Source of the DNA: Mobula hypostoma
Taxonomy: Eukaryota
NCBI RefSeq assembly: GCF_963921235.1
Contig: NC_086097.1
Span: forward strand, 24,058,001 to 24,122,000
Reading direction: 5' to 3'
Length of the DNA stretch: 64,000 bases
Below are positions 53,684 through 64,000 of the stretch, piece by piece. The number at the start of each line of letters is the position of its first letter. Position 1 is the stretch's first letter. Made by a program: the position numbers and the translations under genes. The notes under the pieces are model-generated. The model was not told where the DNA came from. It was given only the letters and a program-made list of their open reading frames with translations, and ran no database searches.

Positions 53684-53721
53684 CAGTCCTGAGGAAGGGT
53701 CTCGGCCCAAAACGTTGACTG
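53684..53721 (+). ncRNA. Decayed minimal hammerhead ribozyme in a Penelope 3'-end fragment (~53645-53825)
   Basis: CAGTC-CTGAGGA-a-GGG-tctcgg-CCC-aAAAC-GTT-GACTG: 5-bp stem I and stem II intact, G12>A. Confidence 0.6.
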
Positions 53722-56700
53722 TTTGTGCCCTTCGTGGATGCTGCCCGAACTGCTGAGTTCCTCCAGCGTTTTGTGTGTGTGTGTGTTTCCGGATTTTCCG
53801 GCATCTTCAGAATCTCTTGTGTTTAGATTTGCGGTGTTCATTTATGGTCATATATCTTGTGCCTTTAAATGCAATGACATTTGCAGTGCCTCCCCCATCC
53901 CTCCCAGGTTCAAGTGCTCTTTTCTCCGAGGTTATTTGGACAGCAGTGGGAATGATGGACGAGCACTCAAAAATCAAAGTTCAAAATAAATTCATTATGG
54001 AAGTACTATTACGTGATCACATACGACCCCGAGATTCATTTTCTTGCAGGCCTCCTAACCTCTGTCACTATTTCCACTCACCCCTCAAAGTCAATGTCAA
54101 AATCAAAGTAAATTTATTATATAAACACGTATATATCGTTAAATACCACTTTAAATTCATTTTCTCCCAGGCAGTTACAGCAGCAGAGTTTATGAAAAAC
54201 TATACATCAACAAAGATGGACAAAATGAGCAAAAGAAGGCAAATTGTAAAGTAATAATAATCAATGATACTGAGAACGTGAGCCGTGGACTCTTTGAAAG
54301 TGAGTCTGTAGATTGTAGAGGTCAGTTCAGTGTTGAGGTGGGTGATGTTGTCCATGCCGGTTCAGTAGATTGATGGTTGAAAGGTAGTAACTGTTCGTGA
54401 ACCTGGTGGTGTGAGACCTCGGACCTCCTGCCCAATGTTAATAGTGAGAACAGGGCATCCTTGATGATGGACACCACTTTCTTTCGGCAATATTCCTTGT
54501 AGATGTGCTCAGTGATGTGGTGGACTGGGCTGTTTGCACCACGTTCTGAAGCCATTTTCGGACATTTGTGTTTCCACCCGACACTAGATTAACACTAACA
54601 CTAGCAGTAAAACCAGAGAAGCAACGGACCAGCTTCAGCTATAATATCATCCCCAGGCTAACAGCCAGCCCACTCTTCCCATGAAGGCACATGCATAAGG
54701 TACAGTCAGACAAGAGTGTTAGCCTGTAAAACCACAAAATGGTCAGGCAGCCTCTTGACCTTATGATATTCTTGTTTGCGGGAATAAATTGAGAGGGATA
54801 ATGAAATGAATGGGGACAAACTGTAGGTTGTCACTGTAGAGTAAAAGGGGGTCTTTGGGGATTCTCCCGTTAATCTCGAACTGCAGCGTACCAAAAGGAA
54901 GAGGGATAGAAGGCTGATAATAAAGGGAGCACTCCTGCCTCATGCTGAATTCACTGATCACAGGCCGCTTAAACGTTGCTCTGGGTGATGCATTATGCAG
55001 TAACTACCTGCCACTGAGCCTCTTGTGTACACTGAGCATTCCCTCTCCTGCTGAGGGCGTGAGAGTTCGTGAGAGATTCTGGCTCCTGTGCCCTCTTCAA
55101 CCCGCAGACCAGATCCAAACTCGAGTTTAACTCAAAAATACGGGAGGAACTCAACAGGTTAGGCAGTATCCGAGGAGTGAAGTGTTTGAACAACATTCTG
55201 GGTCTGTCCACAAATGAGTTCCTCCATCATTTTGCTTTTTTTTTGTTCCAGGTTCCAGTATCGACAGTCTCTTATGTCTCCGAAATCCAACCAAGTAATG
55301 AGTAGCAAATGTGATTTCCCTTTTCACTATTTATCTTATTTTGCAAATTGGTGGATTGTCAGTGTCTGCCTATGTATAGTTTTTGTTTATAAATGTTATG
55401 GAATATATTTATTTTCCTGAAAATTCCAACAAGAAAATGAATCTCAAGGTAGTATATGGTGACATATACAAACGTACATGCTTTGCTTTGACCTTGAGTT
55501 TACATTTTCAGTCTTTAATTTTTTTAATCTTCTTCTGATCAATCAATGCATTGTCCCACAACCAAAGCCAAAGAGCCTTACAGCAGAGAAACAGACCCAT
55601 GGCCCAATCATCCATGCCAAGTGAGATGTCCTTTTAAGCTCTCCCATTTGCCTGCATTTGGCCCATATTCATCTAACCCTTTCCTATTCTTGTACCTCTC
55701 CAATTGACTTTTAAATGCTGTTGATGTACCTGCCTCAACCACTTCCTCAGGCAGATCATTCCATTCTACTCAACACTGAGTGAAAATGTTGTCCCTCAAG
55801 TTCTTATTAAATCTCTCCCCTCCCACTATAAATCTATGTCCTTGAGTTCTAGCTCCCCAACCCTGGGTAGAAGACAATGAATGCTGACCCCAGCAATAGC
55901 AATTGAGATTAAATAAAGGTTAGTGATAAGCTTTTATTTGTCACATACACATCAAAACATACAGTGAATGTGTCACTTACCTCAATGACCAACACAGTCC
56001 CAGGATGCACTGGGGGCAGCTCGCAAGTGTTGCCACAAGTCCCTTGTCAACATAGCATGTCCACAACTTGCTAACACTAACTTATACATCTTCAGAATGT
56101 GGGAGGAAACCGGAGCACCCAGTGGAAACCCACATGGTCATGAGGAAAATGCACCAGTACCTTACAGACAGTGGCAGGAATTGAACCCAGGTCACTGGCG
56201 CTGTAACAGTGTTATGTTAACCACCACATTACCATGCCAAAAGTATAACTTGCCTTGCAAGAATATTGCCCGTCAGTGGAAGTACTGTCAAGTGAATTAC
56301 ATTGTAGGAACGCAGCAAGCAATTTGCATACAAAGGCTTCCACAAATGGTGGTGCGATAACAATGAAGCAGATCTCTGTATTTGTAATGCTGGCAGAGGG
56401 AGAAGCAAAGACACTGAGGAAGACTCACCTGACCTTCTTCAAACTGGTGCCTTGGGATCTATTTTAGTTCTCTGAGAGAGCAGATGGTTTCAACATCCAT
56501 GCTTGAATTAGAGAGGAATGGTTGAGCGAGCTCAGCCTTTTCTGGAATGAAGGAGGATGAGAGGTGACTTGATAGAGGTGTTGAAGATAAGAGACATAGA
56601 TCGTGTGGAGAGCCAGAGACTTTTTCCCAGGTCAGAAATAGTTAATACGAAAGGACATAATAAGAGACAATGATAGAGTAGACAATGAGGTATGGTGAGA

Positions 56701-58701
56701 CAAAGCAACCGTACAAACCAGGAGTGGGAAAATGGAGGTGACTACAGGAACCAAGAGCTGTGAGGTAATGTTGCTGCTCTGTAAAACTCTGGTTAGATCA
56801 CAACTGGAGTATTATGTTCAATTCTGGTTGCCTCATTATAGGAAGGGTGTGGAAGTTTTAGAGAGGGTGCAGAGGATGCCTGTATTACATAGTATGAGGA
56901 TAGGCTGAGCGAGTGAGGCCCTTTTTCTTTGGAGTGAAGGAGGATTTGATAGAGATGTAGAAGATGATAGGAGGCATTGATAGAGTGGATAGCCAAAGAC
57001 TATCTGATAAGTATTGCCTAGGATGACAATATATATATAAAACTGTTGATGTTTTAGGACAGCACCCTTCTTTGGGACTCATGAATGATTTCAGGCTGAA
57101 ACATTTGCTCTATTCCTCTCCATTGATGCTGCCTGACCTGATGAGTTACTCCAGCATTTTGTGAGTCTTACTCTGGATTTCCAGCACCTGCAGAATCTCT
57201 TGTGTTTATACTTTTAAGGCAAGTGGAGGGGGAGATATCATGGGTGATACACAGTGAGTGATAAGTTCCTGGTGGGAAGAGGCTCATACATTAGGGACAT
57301 TGAAAAAGATGGAGGGTTATGGGCAATGTAGGAGTGAGGGGTTAGAATGATAGTGAAGGAGGAACAGTATATATAACCCATATGGTACTGGAGCAAGCCT
57401 ATCAGGGGATTCTCTGAGGACCTCCCCCCCCCTCCCCCCACCCTACTGGGTAACCGTAGACCAGGAGCGTGGGGTTGTAGTACAGCCAGAACTTGAGAAA
57501 GATGTGCAAGTCCTCCCCATGAGCGAGTGCAGTTCCACCGGCTGCTCCGGTTTCCTCCCATATTCCGAAGAAGCACGAGTTCATGGTTAGTGATGTTGGC
57601 ACCGGAAGCGTGGCGACACTTACGGGCTGCCCCCAGTAAGTGTGTCGGTCGTTGAGGCAGAGCGATGTATTCCGCCGATCGTTTTCATACGCATGCGAGA
57701 AATAAAGCTACTCTCTCAGTACCAGCACTGGATCCAGATGGCCTGAGACAGAACTGTACACCTGGAGAGAGGAGCCTGGGTGGGATTGGATGTTAGAAGA
57801 CCAGGGAAAGGTGGTGTTTGGTTGTGGCACAGTTATCTCTGTTCCGTAACACATCCTCCCACTGGTGAATGGCATCAGATAGGAGTCCTCCTCTGAAGGC
57901 GCCAGAATATCTTGTTCACATGAATCCCGAAGTGTTTCGCATCTAGTTCATTAAAAATAAAGCGATGCATTTTTTAAATAAGAAGTTCCTGGGTGACGAG
58001 CTTATTTAAAACCCGTATATTAACGTCGAATTCCACACTCAAGGCAGTGTCTTGCTGCGGTGGAAGAGCGCCATGGCATAGTGTGCAAGGTGGAGGTCCC
58101 CCCACACCGGCTTCCGGAGCTGATTCCCTCCGCAGACCCCGGGAAAGGGAGTGGGTGTGTGTGCTGGGGTGGGGAAGGGTTGAAGTGATGGAGGGAGGAG
58201 TTGTGGATGAAGGGATTGGGGGTGTGGTGTGGGTGCAGGTGCACGGGGTTCATTGCAAGAAGGAAGTCCCCGTCAGAAGCCGCTAGCATCCGCTCCACCT
58301 TCTCCTTCACCGACCCCCGCTGGATTTAGGGTTGGGATTGGTGGGCAGCTATTCAATCTTATCACTCCGTCGTTTGTTCTGCCCATTTCCAATTACACCG
58401 CCCCGCCGTTCGGAGTGGAAACATTGGCAAAGTCTTTTTTTCTCTGTCAAATTAAAACAAAAGGCTCAATTTCTCTCTTTCAACGCTGCTGCTGTTCGCT
58501 CTTCACACAATGCCTGTGTGCGCCGATCTGCTCCGCCGTACCAGAGCGTTCACAGGGTTAATCATCTTCCGTCTGAGATGCTGGGAACGATGCTCGAAGG
58601 AGAGAGCGTCTAAATAGTTCTGCACTGCATCAGTCAGAAGATTGCTACTGGAGGGAGCAGCAAAGATCTTGAGAGCTGCCAGTTTTTTTTAGATTCCCAA
58701 C

Positions 58702-58703
<2 letters not shown>

Positions 58704-58741
<38 letters not shown>

Positions 58742-58768
58742 AGTGAAAGGGAGGGGGGAGAGAGAGAG

Positions 58769-58800
<32 letters not shown>

Positions 58801-58903
58801 AGGAGAGAGGGGGAGAGAGAGAGAGAGGGGGAGAGAGAGGGGGAGACAGAGAGAGAGAGAGACAGAGAGACAGAGAGGAGAGAGAGGGGGAGACAGGGGG
58901 GGG

Positions 58904-58970
<67 letters not shown>
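58704..58970. repeat. Compound microsatellite: (GT)n followed by a long purine-rich (GA)n/(GATA)n tract
   Basis: Directly visible. Confidence 0.97.
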
Positions 58971-58972
<2 letters not shown>

Positions 58973-59259
58973 TGCTGTCACCTTCCAGGGTACCTTGGAG
59001 CTCTAGAGAAAGAGGAAGATTGCCCAAGTCTCCACCTCTTCCCCATCCGCCGCGCGATGAGCAATAACGAGACTTGCCGGCTGGCATGACCATTAGCGGA
59101 TACAATCTGGGTCTGGACGAAGCAGCCACGGCGGAAACCTGAGATCGAGCAGGAGGACCTGGTCAAGCTCTGGTGGTCTGGCCGAATCCGTTGGGGGGGT
59201 GGGGGCGGGAGGGGGAGAGAGAGACAGAGTCAGGGCGTGGGGAGCTGCCGGCGACGATC

Positions 59260-59348
59260 ATGGGCTCCACACCACCATGAACCTTCCCTCTCGCCTCGGA
59301 CTCGCGCTGTGTGCCTCCGGACTGACAGAGCGCCGACCATGCACCTGA
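59260..59348 (+). promoter_or_regulatory. Two upstream ORFs in the nrxn3-beta leader
   Basis: uORF1 59260-59280 (MGSTPP*). uORF2 59277-59348 (MNLPSRLGLALCASGLTERRPCT*), context accaccATGa, out of frame and overlapping the main ATG. Confidence 0.55.
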
Positions 59349-59561
59349 GGATTTTACTGAGTTTCTGGAGCAAGCAATCTGCCTCCCGCTGCTGTGGCCA
59401 AGCGCCCTGGATCTGGTCCCTGACCCTGGGCAGTATCGTCAGCGGCGTATGGAGTTCATCTGGCACTTCGACGCACCATGAGCACCTCTTCCAAGGAAAC
59501 AAGCATCCCTCCGTGCCCATCTCCATCTACCGCTCCCCTGCCTCCCTGCGGGGTGGTCACG
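59339..59561 (+). CDS. nrxn3: Neurexin-3 beta-specific first coding exon (signal peptide + His-rich beta N-terminus); partial CDS, continues beyond the window
   Basis: Translates MHLRILLSFWSKQSASRCCGQAPWIWSLTLGSIVSGVWSSSGTSTHHEHLFQGNKHPSVPISIYRSPASLRGGH. This matches the beta-neurexin signature SVPI(S/A)IYRSPxSLRGGH. The MHLRI start, IVSxVWSSS and HEH motifs are NRXN3-beta-like rather than NRXN1/2. Kozak context gccgaccATG. 74 codons + G are followed by the phase-1 donor ACG|GTGCGT, as expected for splicing to the shared LNS6 exon. Confidence 0.93.
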
Positions 59562-61129
59562 GTGCGTCTCTCTCTCTCTATTCTCTCTGTAGTAATAACT
59601 ACTTAACTTGCTGCCTACCCTCCCTTCTGCATGCTAACAGTATGTGCTGCGTCTTGTTTCAGTTCTGTGTTCGTATGGAGTTTAGTACCGAGGGCATGTT
59701 GTACAGATAGTTACAGCTTTTTTTAAAGTCCTGGTACAATGTGTGTATGCAGAGGAGAGAGAGGGGTGGGGGCTAACCCTTCGCAGTCTGTGTAATAACT
59801 CCATGCAGCCACGCTGTACACTGTCGGCTAATGTTGGGGTTTTTCCCTAACATTGTTGGAGAGTCTAGGTCTGAGACCGAAGTGTTCGCTTTTAGAGACA
59901 ACACCTCCGTCCCCGACCCACCGCGTATCTCCTGTTAGCTGCAGTTTTGAGATTAGGAAGGAGAGGGTTGCCAGGGAGAAGCTGGCAGGCTGGAAAGCTC
60001 AGGGAACCCAGGCGAAGCGAGTGGAGTTCCTCCCCCACCCCGTAAACCGTAGCAGTTACGTAAATTCTTCGGCATTTCTCTCGGGGATTTTCAGCCACAT
60101 GGCAAGTGAGTCGAGATTCCCCTTTCCCTCCGGCCAAGCCGGCGCGGGGGGCCGTTCGGCCCGTTATACTCCGCGCGGGTTCTCTGAAAGAAAAATCCAT
60201 TGGATTCCGCTATCCCCGCTCATTCCACTTCGCTACTCCATCCATCGGAAAGTTGCAGTTCGGTCCGCTCTCGCCGCCCTTCAAGGCAGCGCGCTTTAGC
60301 ATCTCTGCTCTTCAATAATCTCACCTCTCCTCAGCTCGGTTCGCTAATTGCCTATAAACTGTGTCCTCTGTCTACTGACCCACTCGGCACAGTTCGTTCT
60401 ATTACCTTCTCTAACAGCTGCACGCTCTCAATTACATCCTTTGATGGGCACTCAGTGGTTTAATTGCTAGGAGGAATTCATCGAACGAAAAAGAAAATGA
60501 AATCAGATCGGGAAAGGAATAATTCGAACGACGATTTTTGTAATTGGGCGGGGGGATGCTAGGTGAGAGGAAGTCGTACATAAGAGGAAGCCACTCTTAT
60601 GTCTTGTGGGAGTTTGCATGTATGTACCCGAATTCCCTGCGAGTTTCTTCTATAAAATTCCACGGATGCTCTCCCTCATTTACTGCTTGATAGCGCGACG
60701 CCGAGAGGTAAGGGCTGGGCAGCGAAGGGCTCATTTCCCACGCCTTGGGTAAACCCGGGAGGAACACAAGAAACCGCTCGGTCCATCCTGCCTGCGGTGA
60801 TTTATCCCAAAGAACGCCGCAGATAAGCCCACTCTCCCCTCCGGCGGAATGTTCAATCCGTTCCCACCCCGTGTCAAGTTGTGATCGCCTTCACCGATGA
60901 GTAGACCTCTGGAAGGTGAATGCTTCTGAGTACATCACCTGAATGGTCTCCTAATGACGTATGAGGAAGATGTAGGACGGCGTGGAGTGGTATGGGGTAG
61001 TGGGGCCAAATGGTCTCCCTGAGCGTGGAGCGAAATGGTCTCCCTGAGCGTGGAACGGAGATGTTGAAATCTATTACAATGACAGAAAATGCTAGGAACA
61101 CTCTGCGGGGTCGGGCAGCATATTTTAAA

Positions 61130-61830
61130 GCAATGCTGAGGCATTGGTCAGGCCGCACCTGGAACATGCCGATCGGCTTTGAGCCTCTTATCTGAGGAAG
61201 GATGATTTAACATTGGAGAAGGTCCGGAGAAGCTTTACGAGAATGATCCCGGGTTAACGTACGAGGAGTGGTTAATGGCTCTGGGCCTGTACTCGTTGGA
61301 ATTTAGATGAATGAGGGAGGATCTCATTGAGACCTATCGAATATTGAAAGGCCTACATATGTTGGACGTGGAGAGCAACACACACGAAATGCTGGAGGAA
61401 CTCAGCGGGCCAGGCGGCATCTATGGAAAAGAGTACAGTCGACAGCAGGTCGGCCAGCATTTCCTATGTGTTGCTTGGATTTCCAGCATCTGCAGAATTT
61501 CTCTTGTTTGCGATTGGACGTGGAGGGATACTTCCTATAGTGGGGGAGTCTAGGACCAGAGGACACAGCCTCAGATTACAAGGACGTCCCTTTAAAGCCG
61601 AGATGAGGGATTTCTTTATCCAGAGGGTGGTGAATGTGTGGAATTCATTGCTACAGGTAGCTATGGACGCCAAGTCACTGGGTATATGTAAGACAGGGGT
61701 TGATAGGTTCTTAATTAGTAAGGGTGTCATTAAAGGTAATGGGGAGAAGCCAGGATAATACGGTTTAGAGGGATAATAAATCAGCCATGATGGAATGGCC
61801 TAGTTTTGCTCCTATGTCTTATGGTCGCTT
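61130..61830 (+). mobile_element. CR1 3' fragment interrupted by a Penelope-derived fold-back insertion (61374-61513)
   Basis: CR1 motifs on both sides; TSD TTGGACGTGGAG at 61362-61373 / 61514-61525. Confidence 0.85.
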
Positions 61831-61974
61831 AAAATGCTGAAAACACTCAACAGGTCGGGCAGGTAGCATCTGTGCGAAGAGAAACGAGTCAATACTTCAT
61901 GTTCCCGGATTCTTCGTCAGAACTGGGACAAAACTACCTTAAAGCAGTACTACAGTGGCAGAAACACACACAAA

Positions 61975-63080
61975 ATAACAAGGTAAAGTCCTATGGCGTT
62001 ACAGGAAAGATATTGGCATGGATAGCGAAATGGCTGACAGGCAGTAAGGAGTGTGTGGGAATAAAAGGGGTCTTTCCTGGCTGACTGCCAGTGACTAGTG
62101 GTGTTCCTCAGGGGGTTAGTATTGGGCGCTCTACTTTTCACATGTTTTGTCAATTATTTAGATAATGGAATTGATGTTTTTATGGCAAAGTTTGCGGATG
62201 ATAGAAGATAGGTGGAGGGGTAGGTAGTGCTGAGGAAGCAATGCGATTGCAGCAGGACTTAGACAAATTGGAAGGATGGGCAAAAAGTGGCAGATGGAAT
62301 ACAGTATTGGGAAATATATTATCTAAATGGGGAGAAGGTTCAACCATCAGAGGTGCAGATGGACTTAGGAGTCCTCGTGCAAAACTCCCAGAAAGTTAAT
62401 TTACAGGTTGAGTCTGTGATAAGGAAGGCAAATGCGATGTTGTCATTTATTTCGAGGGGAATAGAATATAACAGCAAAGAGAAAATGCTGAGCCTTTATA
62501 AGACACTAGTCAGGCCGCACTTGGAGTATTGTCAACAGTTTTGGGCCCCATATCTCAGAAAGGATGTGCTGTCATTGGAGAGAGTCCAGAGCAGGTTCAC
62601 GAGGATGATCCTGGGAATGAAGAGGTGAACATATGAGGGGCGTTTGGCAACTTTGGGCCTGTACTGACTGGAATTTAGAAGAATGTTGTGGGAGCCGGGA
62701 TCTCATTGAAACCTACCGAATGTTGAAAGGACTAGATAAGGTGGATGTGGAGAGGATGTTTCCTATGGTGGGGGCATCCAGAACTAGAGCGTACAACCTC
62801 AAAATTGAGGGGCAAACTTTTAGAACAGAGGTAAGGAGGACTTTCTTTTCCTTTTAGCCAGAGAGTAGTGAATGCGTGGAATGTTCTGCCACAGACTGCG
62901 ATGGAGGCCAAGCCGTGGGTATATTTAACGCAGAAGTTGATCGCTTCCTGATCGGTCAGGGCATCAAAAGATATGGCTAGGAGGCAGGTGTATGGGTCTG
63001 AGTGGGATCCGGGATCAGCCATGATGAAATAGCGGAGCAAACTCGATGGGATGAAGGGCCTAATTCTGCTCTTATGGTAT
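61975..63080 (+). mobile_element. CR1 LINE 3' ~1.1 kb, degenerate
   Basis: [58 protein letters not shown]. Confidence 0.9.
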
Positions 63081-63089
63081 TACGGTCTG

Positions 63090-63640
63090 AAAAGCTGGTG
63101 GAACTCAAAAATGTCGGCAGCACCTATGCTGAGGACGAGGCCCTTCATCAGAACCTGTTGAAAGAGCTCGGCCCAAATCGACTGCTTGTTCTTCTACATT
63201 GATGCTGCCTGATCTGCTGAGTTCCTCCAGCGTTTTGTGTATGTTGCTCTGGGATTCCAGTAGCTGCTGAATCTCCTGTGTGTACAATGACAGGAGACAT
63301 AAGTGAACACAGTCATAATGATCAGCTGGCCGAGCAGCATCCGTGGAGGGGAAAGAACTGTCAATGTTTCGGGTGGACACCTTGCACAATGTCAGTGGGG
63401 ATTTATCGGCGTTATTGCTACCGTTACTATGCCGACTGAATTCTCTCAGTACATGATATCGACCTGAGACATCGAATGTCCATTTCCACCCGCAGATGCT
63501 GCCAGGCTCGCTGAGTTCCTCCAATTGTTTTCTTTTTTGCTCCGGATTTCTGGATCTGCATTCCCTTGTGCCTTTGCAACGTTAACTCCGCTTCCCACTT
63601 CTAAAAATCTTGCTTGACCTGCTGACAGCGTTTTGCGTGT
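63090..63640. mobile_element. Cluster of degenerate Penelope-derived fold-back elements; similar copies at ~55130-55290 and ~57040-57210
   Basis: Head-to-head arms (gctggtggaactc...cccttcatcag / ctcggcccaaatcgactg...gagttcctccagc). Confidence 0.65.
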
Positions 63641-63666
63641 ACTTTTACGGCATGATCGTTCTGTGA

Positions 63667-63739
<73 letters not shown>
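63667..63739. repeat. (GT)n(GA)n microsatellite
   Basis: Directly visible. Confidence 0.97.
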
Positions 63740-63743
<4 letters not shown>

Positions 63744-64000
63744 GGGTTTTTGCGGGACAGACGGCATTTGTATCAGCAGCTGGAAGGGAGATGGGAGAAA
63801 CAAGAATATCTGGGGTGGGTGGGGTCTTTGATTATGCCGGCAACTTTACTGAAGCAGAGTCTGTGGAGGGTAACTGGTTTCCGTGACAGGTTGAGCTGTG
63901 TCCACAACGCTTGGCTGTTTCTTACTGTCACTTGCAGAGCAGTGACCATCCAATTAGTATGCTGCACCTATGTAAAAAAAAATGTACTTCTGATTGTGAT

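Larger units (their letters stand above)
57990..61060 (+). promoter_or_regulatory. CpG-rich region containing the internal (beta) promoter, 5' leader and start of intron 1 of nrxn3-beta
   Basis: CpG density is visibly higher and transposon fragments are nearly absent compared with the rest of the window. The region surrounds the beta first exon. TSS not determined; TAAATA at 58611 followed by Inr-like TCAGTC at 58630 is only a weak candidate. Confidence 0.7.

Noticed and set aside
1..58000. Alpha-neurexin exons (LNS5/EGF3)
   Set aside because: None recognised by eye; a short exon could have been missed, and tBLASTn with NRXN3-alpha would settle it
59237..59710. 157-aa ORF as a single-exon gene
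   Set aside because: Only 59339-59561 matches neurexin; the GTG-started extension and the sequence after the donor are leader and intron read-through
61008..61057. 25-bp tandem duplication
   Set aside because: Two copies only; ordinary slippage with no motif recognised

Overview
This is vertebrate genomic DNA, almost entirely intronic. The repeat set (CR1 LINEs, HE1-like V-SINEs, Rex1/Babar, Neptune-type Penelope elements) suggests a cartilaginous fish, probably a ray; that is an inference. The only host coding exon I recognise is the beta-specific first exon of neurexin-3 (+, ATG 59339, phase-1 donor after 59561), which sits in a CpG-rich promoter region. The upstream ~58 kb is therefore most likely the large alpha-neurexin-3 intron. 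Much of it is nested transposon debris: a young CR1, Rex1/Babar, L1, RTE, Tc1, a PIF/Harbinger element with intact TIRs and TSD, SINEs and a probable solo LTR. The most notable features are: (i) a family of short Penelope-derived fold-back insertions centred on minimal hammerhead-ribozyme motifs, including a perfect 93-bp-arm hairpin with a 14-bp TSD, plus a separate hammerhead with an intact core at 49213-49252; (ii) an inverted copy of part of the nrxn3-beta leader 13.6 kb upstream; (iii) two linked uORFs, one overlapping the beta start codon; (iv) a five-fold AGGTCA DR1 array ~10 kb upstream of the beta exon. All calls were made by eye with no database search, and most repeat boundaries are approximate.
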